A stretch of DNA of 64,000 nt from an uncultured Eubacteriales bacterium (GCA_900550585.1 URST01000001.1:3099-67098), one strand, 5' to 3'; positions 40,527-50,315 are shown, counted from the first letter of the stretch. Numbers and translations are program-made. Notes: a model not told the origin generated them from the sequence alone.

Positions 40527-43500
40527 AGTGATTTTGAAGCAAGACCCTTTGAGTTGACTGCCAAGGACACCGAGGGCAAGGTAAAGGAAGTGACGGAGCG
40601 GCTGGAAGCCGGTGTGCGGGAGCTGTTTGAAAGTGAACGCTATCAAGCCTATCTGAAAGCCATGTCCAAGTTCCATGATTACAGTCTGAACAATACGCTG
40701 CTGATTCTGATGCAAAAGCCGGACGCTTCCCTTGTAGCAGGCTTTGGCAAGTGGCGCGATGACTTTGAGCGTCATGTAAAGCGCGGAGAAAAAGGCATAA
40801 AAATCTTTGCCCCGGCACCGTACACCATAAAGAAAGAAGCGGAAAAGATTGACCCGGATACCGGGCAGCCGGTAATTGGTGCTGACGGTAAGCCCGTCAT
40901 GGAGCAGCGGGAAATCAAGATCCCTGCCTTTAAGGTGGTAAGCGTCTTTGATGTGAGCCAGACCGACGGCAAAGAGATCCCCGATCTTTCGATAGATGCA
41001 TTGACCGGCAGCGTTGAGCAATACGAGGATTTTTGGCGCGTACTGAAAGAGGTTTCCCCGGTGCCGGTGGAACTGGAAAAGATCGAGGGCGGCGCACACG
41101 GCTATTACAGCCTTGCAGATAAACGCATTGCTGTTGATGAGGGTATGAGCGAACTGCAAACAATCAAGACCCTAATCCACGAAATTGCCCACGCAAAGCT
41201 GCATGACATTGATCTGAACGCACCGCCGGAGGAACTGGAGAACCGTCCAAACCGGCGCACTCGTGAGGTGGAGGCGGAAAGCATCGCCTTTACGGTGTGC
41301 CAGCACTTCGGGCTGGATACTTCCGATTATTCTTTCGGATATGTTGCCGGTTGGAGCAGCGATAAAGAAATCAAGGAACTAAAAGCGTCCCTTGAAACCA
41401 TCCGTACCACGGCAAGTGCGCTGATTACTGAAATTGAGGAACGCTTGCAGGCGCTTTCGCAGCAGCGGGAAACGGCACAGGAGCAGGAAACCGCAGCACT
41501 GACAGAACCGCAGCCGGAAAATACTTTTTCAATTTACCAGCTCAAAGGCGGCGACGAAACAAGGGATTACCGGTTTGAGCCGCTGGAACGACTGCGGGAA
41601 CTTGGCCTTTCCGCACAGAAAAACAATTACGATCTTGTATATTCTGCGCCGCTGGCTGACGGGGAAACCTTAGAGGATCTATTTGTGCGGTTTAATGTGG
41701 AACGCCCCGAGGATTTTACAGGGCATAGTCTTTCCGTGTCCGATGTCATTGTACTGCGTCATGGAGAGCAGCAAAGCGCACATTACTGTGATAGCTTCGG
41801 GTTTACCGAGGTGCCGGAGTTCTTACAACAGGAGCAAGATATCCGGCAGGAAACAGCGCAGCCGGTCTTTGCGCAAATCCCGCCTGAACGGCAGCAGGCG
41901 ATCCGGGACGAGGTACAGGCCACCTTGCAAATGCTGGTAGATACCGATATGCAGCTCTCCGGTGAGGTATCGCAGGGTACGCTTGACGCGCTGGCGGCAC
42001 AGGGATACGTCCTGCAGGACGGACAAATCACCAAGGCAGAGCAGGAAGAAGTCCCGCCCAACGCCGAGCCACAGGAGAAAAACCCGCCGAATATTACCCC
42101 GCTCACCGATTTGCAGAAAAAGGCGCTTGAAATTGCAAAGAAATATGACGGTCTGCCCATGCAGGATAAGATCGATGTGATTGCGCAGTGCTTTGGCAGC
42201 ACCACCGGAAAAATTGAGACTTCTCCGTGCAGCGGCAAATGGCGCGGTACAAGCGATGTTTCAATCCGCTTTGACACCGGCACCTCTCTGTTTATTGGTA
42301 ATCAGGCGACCCCGAAAGCCAAAACGAAAGCCGTACAGCAGGAACTTGTCAATACCGCTTTGGTGCAGTACAACCCGGAGATCATCGACGCGGCAAAGGA
42401 AACTGCGCTTGCTGCCCTCATGGAGCGTGAAGCAAAAGACAATGCCATTGCCGCAGAAAGGGGCTTGCAGCCGTATACCCTGCTGGGCGTTGAGTTCAAC
42501 GACGGCACTGATGATAAGATCAGCGGATACATGGGATGGTACTATGTGACACTGGCAGTTGACGGTAAAATCTGTTCTCACATGGAAACCGGACTAAACC
42601 ATGACATTGCAGCAGGCAGGGTAAGCACAGCGCCTACACGGGAGAATTACTATACCGCAGGTGCATTGAAAGAAAGTGACGTGGACTATGTGTTCAATAA
42701 CGTGGGCTTTTCTTCTACCTCTGAGTTATATTCACTGCATATCAGTGATGCCGTTCGGGAGCGTGCTGAACAGGCGCTTGCAGAGCGCAACGCCGCTGCG
42801 GATTCGGAAAAGGAATTGCCGCCGTCCCTTGATCCGGCTGTACAGCCGGTGGTGACGATCATTTGGAGTGAAAGTGACAAGCTGCAAGAGGGCGAACAAC
42901 TGCCCCTTGCCCGCGCTGATGCGCTGTTCAAAGCGCTGGACGAGGAAAAGCGTACCGAGCGCGAGAAGCCCGGATATACAGGTGGCTGGTATGACAAGAC
43001 CAAGTTCCGCATTGATTGTACCTTTGACGGTGAGCGCGACAGCTACGAGGGACGGCAGGATTTTGGGGATGGGGACGGCTCTCTGATCGACCATATTGAG
43101 GCCTATCACGAATACTACGCCAATGATGAAAGCTGGCAAAACTATGTGCTGCACAATCATGGTGCTGAAAGCTGGGAGCAGGACAAAGCAGAACGGGAAA
43201 TGATTCTCTCCGAGTTTGTGCCGTATATGCGTCTGCATTGCAATCTCTCTGAGCAGGAACGCACCGCAGCGGATGTGCTGGAAAACGGCGAAAATCTGAC
43301 GCCGGAACAGACTGCGTATTTTACCGCCGTACTTGCCCATGTGGACACCTGCCGGGAAAAACTGAATGCAGGCGATTACCATCTGCCCGACCCGCCCCAG
43401 CTCTCCGACTTTGCACAGGAAACCGCAGAAATGGAAGCCTACAAAGACCATGTGCGGGAAGAAATCGCACAGGAAGCCGCAGCAGCGGGTATGACGACCA

Positions 43501-45032
43501 CCGAATACGCAGCCAACGGCTACGAGCCGAGGGAGCAGCCCATCGACGCGCCGGAGCAGCCGGAAACCCCTGCTGTCAAGTATTATCCGATCAATGAGGG
43601 CGCAGCCCGGCGCGCCAACGATGCAAACAGCTACCGCGACTATGCGGCGGGCAGCGCCACCGCCGAATACCGGCAGATGGTCAATGAAGCAGCGGAGCTT
43701 GCCCAGCGGCAGAAAGAGCGCGTTGATCCCATGTACCATGAGAAAATAGATGCGCTGCTGGACACCTATGCCCGCAAGTTGGCAGCAAATCTGAATGACC
43801 ATTATGCCATTGAAGCCCGTGTACCGTCTATCCTTATCGCTGGCGGCAGCAATTTCCCTGTGGCGAAGAAACACAAGCAGAACGCAGCCCGTGACCGCAA
43901 TATGCAGGAGTGGCAGGATGTGCAGGGGATTCTTGATAAAATCCGCAGCACGGGTATGGGCGGTATTAGCGCGGACGATCCGCAGGCTGTCGCCAAACTG
44001 GAAGCCAAGCTCTCAAAGCTGGAAGAAGCGCAGGAAACCATGAAAGCGGTAAACGCCTATTACCGAAAGCATAAGACGTTGGACGGTTGTCCGCACTTAA
44101 CGCCGGAACAGATCGACAAGCTGAAAGCGGACATGGCGCAGTCCTGGCACCTTGACAAAAGCAGGCCGTATCAGTCCTTTGTCCTCTCCAACAATAACGC
44201 GGAAATTCGCCGGATTCGTGCGCGTATCGAACAGGTACGGCAACATGAGGATACCCAGTTTGCCGGATGGGAGTTTGACGGTGGGCGTGTGGAAGCAAAC
44301 AAAGCAGACAACCGCCTGCAGATCTTCTTCGACGGCAAGCCGGACGAAGGGACGCGGGACGAGCTGAAAGCCAACGGCTTCCGCTGGGCACCCAGCGTCG
44401 GTGCATGGCAGCGGCAGCTTAATATGAACGCCTACCGCGCCGCAGAGCATATTTCCTGTATTCAGCCTGTCACCGGGGACAAACCGGTTGATTTGCAGCG
44501 CAACGCCCAGTATCAGCAGGAAGCAGCTACCCCCGACACACTTATGACCGGGGAAAGAATTACAACGCCCCGTGGTAGCTTTCATGTTACCGGCATGACC
44601 CGCGAGCAGATGGAAGCCGCAGGCTATGGCTATCATCACAGTTCAGAGGACGGCAAATATCTCATTATGGGCAATGGCACACAGGCCTATGCCATTGCTG
44701 CCGAACAGCGGGTACCGGAAAACTATATGCGCACGGCAGAGCTGACCACCGAGCAGAATTACAACATGATCGACGGGCGGATCAACAACACCCCGTCTGT
44801 GGACGAGTTGGAAGAAAAGGCAAAGCGCGGCGAAGTGATCTCCCTGTCTGCCCTTGCCGCTGCGGTTAAGACCGAGGACGGCAGGACGCCCCAGCGCAGC
44901 GCGGACGGGAAAAAACCGTCAATTCGCGCCCAACTTAAAGCAGACCGGGCACAGGCTGCGGCAAAGCCGAAGCAGAAAGAAAAAGGACAGGAAGCAAGGC
45001 ACAGTGTCCGACAGGCGCTGGAAATGGAGTAA
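40524..45032 (+). CDS. Large polyvalent antirestriction-type protein (ArdC-like ssDNA-binding N-terminus, HExxH metallopeptidase, YodL-like and further domains)
   Basis: ATG 40524 after AAGGAG; FHDYSLNN..LI..Q, VKRGEKGIKI, VFDVSQT; HEIAH..EVEAES; IYQLK..GHSLSVSDVIVL; C-terminal EQNYNMIDG. Confidence 0.85.
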   Translation: MSDFEARPFELTAKDTEGKVKEVTERLEAGVRELFESERYQAYLKAMSKFHDYSLNNTLLILMQKPDASLVAGFGKWRDDFERHVKRGEKGIKIFAPAPYTIKKEAEKIDPDTGQPVIGADGKPVMEQREIKIPAFKVVSVFDVSQTDGKEIPDLSIDALTGSVEQYEDFWRVLKEVSPVPVELEKIEGGAHGYYSLADKRIAVDEGMSELQTIKTLIHEIAHAKLHDIDLNAPPEELENRPNRRTREVEAESIAFTVCQHFGLDTSDYSFGYVAGWSSDKEIKELKASLETIRTTASALITEIEERLQALSQQRETAQEQETAALTEPQPENTFSIYQLKGGDETRDYRFEPLERLRELGLSAQKNNYDLVYSAPLADGETLEDLFVRFNVERPEDFTGHSLSVSDVIVLRHGEQQSAHYCDSFGFTEVPEFLQQEQDIRQETAQPVFAQIPPERQQAIRDEVQATLQMLVDTDMQLSGEVSQGTLDALAAQGYVLQDGQITKAEQEEVPPNAEPQEKNPPNITPLTDLQKKALEIAKKYDGLPMQDKIDVIAQCFGSTTGKIETSPCSGKWRGTSDVSIRFDTGTSLFIGNQATPKAKTKAVQQELVNTALVQYNPEIIDAAKETALAALMEREAKDNAIAAERGLQPYTLLGVEFNDGTDDKISGYMGWYYVTLAVDGKICSHMETGLNHDIAAGRVSTAPTRENYYTAGALKESDVDYVFNNVGFSSTSELYSLHISDAVRERAEQALAERNAAADSEKELPPSLDPAVQPVVTIIWSESDKLQEGEQLPLARADALFKALDEEKRTEREKPGYTGGWYDKTKFRIDCTFDGERDSYEGRQDFGDGDGSLIDHIEAYHEYYANDESWQNYVLHNHGAESWEQDKAEREMILSEFVPYMRLHCNLSEQERTAADVLENGENLTPEQTAYFTAVLAHVDTCREKLNAGDYHLPDPPQLSDFAQETAEMEAYKDHVREEIAQEAAAAGMTTTEYAANGYEPREQPIDAPEQPETPAVKYYPINEGAARRANDANSYRDYAAGSATAEYRQMVNEAAELAQRQKERVDPMYHEKIDALLDTYARKLAANLNDHYAIEARVPSILIAGGSNFPVAKKHKQNAARDRNMQEWQDVQGILDKIRSTGMGGISADDPQAVAKLEAKLSKLEEAQETMKAVNAYYRKHKTLDGCPHLTPEQIDKLKADMAQSWHLDKSRPYQSFVLSNNNAEIRRIRARIEQVRQHEDTQFAGWEFDGGRVEANKADNRLQIFFDGKPDEGTRDELKANGFRWAPSVGAWQRQLNMNAYRAAEHISCIQPVTGDKPVDLQRNAQYQQEAATPDTLMTGERITTPRGSFHVTGMTREQMEAAGYGYHHSSEDGKYLIMGNGTQAYAIAAEQRVPENYMRTAELTTEQNYNMIDGRINNTPSVDELEEKAKRGEVISLSALAAAVKTEDGRTPQRSADGKKPSIRAQLKADRAQAAAKPKQKEKGQEARHSVRQALEME

Positions 45033-45035
45033 GAT

Positions 45036-45983
45036 ATGAATAAGTTTGAGAATGTGGACGTGCTGGCATCGCTGCAACAGATTATGCAGCAGAATACAGC
45101 TTTTTTCCGAAATGATTTTGACATTGATAAAAAGATACTGACCCGGGCGGCGGCAAGCAAAAATACAGAGGATAAAATCTATCTCTGGTTTTGCCGTCCC
45201 AACGGGACACATTGTCTGCGGGAACGGGATGTGTTCCTGCGCGGAACGCGGGAGCATAACACCTTTCGTTTCTACCATGAACAGACCAAGGAGCGTGTGC
45301 TTGCCTACGCAGTGGTACTGTCCGGCGTAGAGGGCGGTAAAGTTAAGGGTAGTATCTATGAACTGGACTATGCAAGAAAAGCAGAGTTTATCATCCAGTC
45401 AGCCCTGCGAACAGACAACAACCGCCTGATCTATGAAAACGGATCACGGGAGCTGCCCAAGGATTACCGATTTGAAGCCGTGCCGGATCGGGAGTATGGA
45501 AAATTTTTGCGCTACGAAGCTGTGCCCCATGACCCGGACGCCCTGCGGGAGCTGCTGCGGGATGAGAGCCGAAAGAGAGAGCTGCTTGCGCTCGGTGATT
45601 TCAAAGCACATATTGGGAAACTGTCTGATGAAAAGGTACTTATCGAAGCACAGCGGATCTCCACCGCATTTCAGGCGTTGCAAGCGCCCAATAGCCCAAA
45701 CGGAACACATTTCATGGTGGAGGTATCACCGTACTTTGAACGCATCGCATCCAGCCGGGAGCAAGATCGCTTATTTGCCGTGCTTCCCTATAAGTCCCTG
45801 TGCTTATCCGGTATGAAGGACAGGCGCGGTGTGTTTGCTCTCATAAGCAGTGACGAAAAACGAGATCTGCCCCTGCGCAGGCCGCGCCCCTCTGTGCGCT
45901 CGCAGCTCAAAGCCGGACAGATAAAGGCAGCCGCCCCGAAAAAGACGGCTGCTAAGACAAAAGAACAGGATTTGGAGGTTTGA
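45036..45983 (+). CDS. Conserved hypothetical ICE protein
   Basis: Full-length ORF directly following the polyvalent gene; C-terminal RPSVRSQL tail similar to that gene's KPSIRAQL. Confidence 0.75.
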   Translation: MNKFENVDVLASLQQIMQQNTAFFRNDFDIDKKILTRAAASKNTEDKIYLWFCRPNGTHCLRERDVFLRGTREHNTFRFYHEQTKERVLAYAVVLSGVEGGKVKGSIYELDYARKAEFIIQSALRTDNNRLIYENGSRELPKDYRFEAVPDREYGKFLRYEAVPHDPDALRELLRDESRKRELLALGDFKAHIGKLSDEKVLIEAQRISTAFQALQAPNSPNGTHFMVEVSPYFERIASSREQDRLFAVLPYKSLCLSGMKDRRGVFALISSDEKRDLPLRRPRPSVRSQLKAGQIKAAAPKKTAAKTKEQDLEV

Positions 45984-45985
45984 AC

Positions 45986-46204
45986 ATGAATAGCATTTCT
46001 TTTACCGTGGAGGAAGAAAACCTGATCTGTATGTATCACCACGATGACCGCCGCAGGACAATGACGGCGATCTCCGGCGCCCTGCCCGATATGGGCGAGG
46101 ATATGCGCCAGCTTGCCGGGCAGATAATCCAAAAGCTGCATAATATGACCGATGCAGCATTTGAGGAAGCGAAGTTTTCTATGACGCTTTCCGATACGGA
46201 ATAA
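45986..46204 (+). CDS. Transposon-transfer assisting (TTRAP-like) protein
   Basis: FTVEEENLICMY...KL..MTD..F; GGAGG RBS. Confidence 0.75.
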   Translation: MNSISFTVEEENLICMYHHDDRRRTMTAISGALPDMGEDMRQLAGQIIQKLHNMTDAAFEEAKFSMTLSDTE

Positions 46205-46211
46205 AAACGAC

Positions 46212-46260
46212 GCGGGACGCGGCGGCCATCTTCGGCTGCTGCGTCCCGCATTTTCTTTTT
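46212..46260 (+). terminator. Intrinsic terminator
   Basis: gcgggacgcggcggcc...ggctgctgcgtcccgc followed by a T-rich tail. Confidence 0.75.
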
Positions 46261-46267
46261 GCCATTT

Positions 46268-46382
46268 TGTCACGGTTTCAAAGACTGTTTTCTCTTGTGG
46301 AAAGGAAAACATACGGGCAGCTTGGTTTCTGTGCCAGAAAGCCTTGCTGCAAGCCGCTTTTTATGCCCCTAAACAGTGACTT
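46268..46382 (-). repeat. 115-bp element, copy B
   Basis: Minus strand reads aagtcactgtttaggggcataaaaagcggcttgcagcaag...ctttgaaaccgtgaca. Confidence 0.7.
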
Positions 46383-47425
46383 TAATCCTCTTTTTCGCCG
46401 TCCGATTCCGGCTCATGCCATTCTCTCAAGACCGCTTCCACCTGTGCGATCAGCTCGTCCTTATTCGGGATTACATAGGTATAGCGCGAGGCAAAGATGT
46501 TGTTGGAAAGCCCGCCGAGAGCATATTCCGCTTCCACATTTGTCTTATCGGTACAAAGAATAATACCGATGGGCGGGTTATCATCGGGATCGTTGACCTC
46601 TGCGGCATAATAATTGAGATACATATTGAGCTGTCCGACCGCTTCCGGCAGCAGCTTGACCGTTTTCAACTCGATCAGTACATAGGCACGGAGAGGTTTG
46701 TTGTAAAAAACCATATCCACATAGTAATGAATGTTGTTCAGTGTAACCCGCTGCTGTGTGCCGACAAACATAAAACCGCGCCCCAGCTCCAAAAGAAACT
46801 TTTCAATCTGCTGGATAAGTGCTTTTTCAAGCTCGCTTTCCATAACCGGCTTACTTTCGGGAATGCCCAGAAACTCAAAAACATAGGGGTCTTTGATGAT
46901 GTCGCCGGGAGAAGCCATTTCAATCCCCTTTTGCGCAAGGGCAAGCACCGTTTCCTTATTTGTTTTTCCGTCAGAAAGCAGCAGTCTTTCATAAAGCGAG
47001 GTTGCCATCTGACGCTTTAATTCCCGGACAGACCAACCGGAATTGATTGCTTCCTTTTCGTAAAAGCTGCGTTTATCTGGGTCGGATATGGAAAGCAGCT
47101 CACAATAGTGCGACCAGCTTAATTTGCCAGACGGTGTCTGGCATTTTTGATAGGTGAGGTAAAACGCTCTCATATTTTGCAGATTGGAACGGGAAAATCC
47201 CTTGCCAAATTCCTTTGTCAGCGCTCTGGACAGTTCTTTTAATGTCTGCTGTCCGTATTCAGCACGTTCCCTGCTTTGCTGCTCATGCTCTACGATAATG
47301 CGCCCGATGTTCCAGTAAGTAGTTAAAAGCTCTGTGTTCAACTGCTGTGCTACGTTCTGCCGCGCAGACTGCAAAACCTCTTTGATTTCATTGATCATAT
47401 CGCCATACTTCGCTATCTCATTCAT
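46382..47425 (-). CDS. YhcG/DUF1016 PDDEXK nuclease-domain protein
   Basis: YWNIGR.IV, GFSRSNL..MR.FY, LSWSHY, IKDPYVFEFL, LLELGRGF, VDMVFY..IELK, GQLNMY. Confidence 0.9.
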   Translation of the reverse strand: MNEIAKYGDMINEIKEVLQSARQNVAQQLNTELLTTYWNIGRIIVEHEQQSRERAEYGQQTLKELSRALTKEFGKGFSRSNLQNMRAFYLTYQKCQTPSGKLSWSHYCELLSISDPDKRSFYEKEAINSGWSVRELKRQMATSLYERLLLSDGKTNKETVLALAQKGIEMASPGDIIKDPYVFEFLGIPESKPVMESELEKALIQQIEKFLLELGRGFMFVGTQQRVTLNNIHYYVDMVFYNKPLRAYVLIELKTVKLLPEAVGQLNMYLNYYAAEVNDPDDNPPIGIILCTDKTNVEAEYALGGLSNNIFASRYTYVIPNKDELIAQVEAVLREWHEPESDGEKED

Positions 47426-47483
47426 AGTGTGTATCCTTTCTATTATGCCCTTTTTCAGATTTTTCAGTCACCGACCGGAATTT

Positions 47484-47876
47484 TCAGTTGTCCCTTGCGT
47501 GAAGGTGCAGTCCGCCGATCACGAGGAACACGATACCAAACGTCACCCAGCCCCAAACAAGATCTTTTTCTGTAAGCAAACACGCCAGCAGCCCGGCTGC
47601 CGCCGCATAAATCAGCGTAAGCAGTCCACCGATCACCCAGAAACCGACACTGGTACGTTGAAGCCATAACAGTAGCAAAAATACCGCAATCCCAATCACA
47701 AGGCAGAGCGCTGGGTGAATGGGCGTAAAGGAGTTGCAGCACACCCCGGCAACAATGCCGAGGGCAATGCTGTCAAACAAAATGATATGTCCGAAGAAAA
47801 GCCCGATGACTGAGCAGATCAACCCGATCACAATACCGATTGCCAAAATTGCGCCCTGCGCTGCCAGATAACCCAT
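47484..47876 (-). CDS. Small multi-TM membrane protein
   Basis: AGGAGG RBS, ATG 47876, almost entirely hydrophobic. Confidence 0.75.
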   Translation of the reverse strand: MGYLAAQGAILAIGIVIGLICSVIGLFFGHIILFDSIALGIVAGVCCNSFTPIHPALCLVIGIAVFLLLLWLQRTSVGFWVIGGLLTLIYAAAAGLLACLLTEKDLVWGWVTFGIVFLVIGGLHLHARDN

Positions 47877-47902
47877 ACATACGCCTCCTTTTTTGAATTG
47901 CA

Positions 47903-48496
47903 TTACAGCAGAATTTCCAGATAACGCTGTACCTTTGGCTGTACTCTTAACTGCTGTGCATACTGCAAAAGTTTGTGAATGTCCCGTTCTTTGGAAACGA
48001 CATACCGCTTCATTGCCGGATTGATGATTTGAATGTCGCCGCCGCTGCCGCGCAGCAGATCGCAAAGCGTTCTTTCAAGGTCATATACGCGAATGGGATT
48101 GCCGCAGGGCGAGGGGATCTCAATAATGCCGAGAGGATAGTTTAACTGCTGTACCCATTTGATCGTTACATTTTCCTGTTTCAGCGACGGGGTGTTATAG
48201 CCCTTTGGAAAGGTCATGGTGTACTGCGCCGGGGCACGGTCTGAATATCCGTGCAGGTAAAGAGCTGTTTCCATAGAATAGATCCCGCGTCCGTATTTCC
48301 GCTGCAACAGATACAGTTCATCTTCCCATATCCCACTGCGCACATACAACCCGCGTCCGAAGCGGTACAGCTCACCGCTTTTTACAAGCTCCTGCAATAC
48401 GCTGCGGTGCAGTCCTGCCTGTGTTACCTGTTCGGAAGTAATCGTTCCGTCCTCAGACGCTTCCAAAAGGGCCTTAATGGTTTCTTTTGCGTCCAA
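47903..48496 (-). CDS. AbiEi-family type IV toxin-antitoxin antitoxin (no toxin gene adjacent)
   Basis: wHTH with GELYRFGRGLY, YSMETALYLHG, YDLERTLCD, RYLEILL; TTG start inferred. Confidence 0.8.
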   Translation of the reverse strand: MDAKETIKALLEASEDGTITSEQVTQAGLHRSVLQELVKSGELYRFGRGLYVRSGIWEDELYLLQRKYGRGIYSMETALYLHGYSDRAPAQYTMTFPKGYNTPSLKQENVTIKWVQQLNYPLGIIEIPSPCGNPIRVYDLERTLCDLLRGSGGDIQIINPAMKRYVVSKERDIHKLLQYAQQLRVQPKVQRYLEILL

Positions 48497-48566
48497 ACGC
48501 ACACCCCCAATCGACATAATATTACACATTTATTATATATAAATATATGTGTGAATGTCAATATGC

Positions 48567-49901
48567 CTACAACATTTTTTCCTGTTCCCGCTGCTGGACA
48601 GGGGACAAAATACTGTCTATATTCTGCTTGACAGCATCGTATTCCCGAAGCTGCTTTTTCAGCTTGCCGTATTCGGAATACAGCCTGTCCTTTTCGGCAG
48701 CAAGCTGCTGGTAGTCTGCTTTGAGCTTGGCGGAATCAGGGAGCTTACCAGATACGCCTGCGGCTTTCAGTGCCTTTGCCGCTGCTTCAAAGAGGATGAT
48801 TTCACTTTCATGCCCGCGCAGATATTTTTCTTTGTCACGGGATTTCTTGTATTCGTCATACAGCGGTTTCAGCTCTTTGTATGTGGTGATGTTCTTAATG
48901 AGCAATGCCATATCGGACAAACGGCTTTCCACCGTTTTGAGGGCTGCGGCGGTCTGTTCCTGCCCGTCCTGCAGCTCTGCGATTTTCTGCTGCAAATCCG
49001 TGTACCTGGCAATCCCGTTCTGATCGAGAAATACCATTGTCCGGGCTGCGCGTTTGAGGTTTTCAATCTTTGCCCAGCGCTCATAACCTGCCGACTGCTG
49101 CGCCTTAATACAGTTTTCAATATCTATGAGCAACGAAACGCCGGTGCGCTCCGGCTTCGGGGTTTTCAAAATGACCCTGCCATTGATGCGCTCGGCTAAG
49201 GCTTCCTCTGTGTAGGCTTCGCCAAGCGTTTTACAGCGAGTGAAGCGTTCCTGTCCGGGTGCGCGGAATGAGATATATTTGCCGCGCTTGATCTCATAGC
49301 CCTCAGCTTCCAGCCGCCGCAGCAGATCGTCAAGGTCTGCGGAGACAGGAATGAGCCGGTCAATGGCGATTTTCAGCTTTTGTTTGTAGCTTGTCCCTTT
49401 GCGCTGGGCATCCCATTCTGCATAATGCTTGCCGCGATCCGCGCCGGGGATCACAACGGACAATCCGTTTTCCTTGCACAGTTTGTCACTCGTTCTGCGG
49501 ATAAAGCCATAGCTTTTCCGATTGGAGATATACTTCTTATGCTCGGCAAAATCCACAGAACAGAAAATCAGGTGGTTATGCACATGGCCTTTGTCAATAT
49601 GGGTGGTCAGCACATATTCATATTTACCTCCAAGGATGCTGTCGGCAAGCTGCCGCCCGATCTCGTGGGCTGCTTCCGGCGTAACCTCGCCCGGTTCAAA
49701 TGCCTGTATCAGGTGATGGGCAAGGTTATTACCCTTATTCATTGCCCGCAGCCGCGTTTTCTCAAACTCAATGTCTGCGGTTTCCACCGCGCAGCCGAAA
49801 GAGGACACATACAGTTTATCGTCTGTCTTTACCGGATTGGTGATGTAGTCAAGGGCTTTCTTCAAGGTGCTTTTGATAGGATGGATCTTTGTGACAGCCA
49901 T
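48567..49901 (-). CDS. MOBP-family relaxase
   Basis: Motif I LDYI.NP.KT, motif II AHHLIQAF.PGE, motif III HIDKGHVHNH. Confidence 0.93.
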   Translation of the reverse strand: MAVTKIHPIKSTLKKALDYITNPVKTDDKLYVSSFGCAVETADIEFEKTRLRAMNKGNNLAHHLIQAFEPGEVTPEAAHEIGRQLADSILGGKYEYVLTTHIDKGHVHNHLIFCSVDFAEHKKYISNRKSYGFIRRTSDKLCKENGLSVVIPGADRGKHYAEWDAQRKGTSYKQKLKIAIDRLIPVSADLDDLLRRLEAEGYEIKRGKYISFRAPGQERFTRCKTLGEAYTEEALAERINGRVILKTPKPERTGVSLLIDIENCIKAQQSAGYERWAKIENLKRAARTMVFLDQNGIARYTDLQQKIAELQDGQEQTAAALKTVESRLSDMALLIKNITTYKELKPLYDEYKKSRDKEKYLRGHESEIILFEAAAKALKAAGVSGKLPDSAKLKADYQQLAAEKDRLYSEYGKLKKQLREYDAVKQNIDSILSPVQQREQEKML

Positions 49902-50191
49902 ATTTCATTCAGCACCCCCTTGATGTCCTCAATGTCCTGCGCATAGATTGTCCCCGTTGCATTGACACGTCGGGCAATCTGATTGATATTTGTGCCGATC
50001 TTTTGCAGCTCGGCAGTCATAGCCTTTATATCGCTGTAATCAATCTTGATAACATAGCCGTCAATGAGCATTTTGCGGGCATAGGTGGAGAAGCAGCGCG
50101 TCCCCATCTGCTGCATTTTCAGCTCAATCATTTCCCGTTCCTGCGCCGTCACCGGGACGCGAAGCACAATGTTCCGCACTCTGTTTGCCAT
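49862..50191 (-). CDS. mobC: Relaxosome accessory protein MobC
   Basis: RHH-like N-terminus, IGTNINQIARRVN; directly upstream of the relaxase. Confidence 0.9.
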   Translation of the reverse strand: MANRVRNIVLRVPVTAQEREMIELKMQQMGTRCFSTYARKMLIDGYVIKIDYSDIKAMTAELQKIGTNINQIARRVNATGTIYAQDIEDIKGVLNEIWLSQRSILSKAP

Positions 50192-50209
50192 TCGTTCACC
50201 GTCCTTTCG

Positions 50210-50315
50210 TATAAGGGTTTGGGACTATCCCAACAAGCAGACGCGCCGCCACCCGCCAGGACGGGCGGGGGCGTTTTTCGGGAGTGTGGCTACACTCCCT
50301 ATGCTTGCTGCGGTA
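50210..50315. other. Probable origin of transfer (oriT)
   Basis: Upstream of mobC; palindrome gggagtgtggctacactccc followed by TATGCTTGC, plus hairpin tgggactatccca. Confidence 0.65.

Noticed and set aside
33745..47425. Methyltransferases plus the YhcG nuclease as a restriction-modification system
   Set aside because: They are far apart, on opposite strands and in different operons; YhcG-family genes commonly occur alone in mobile elements
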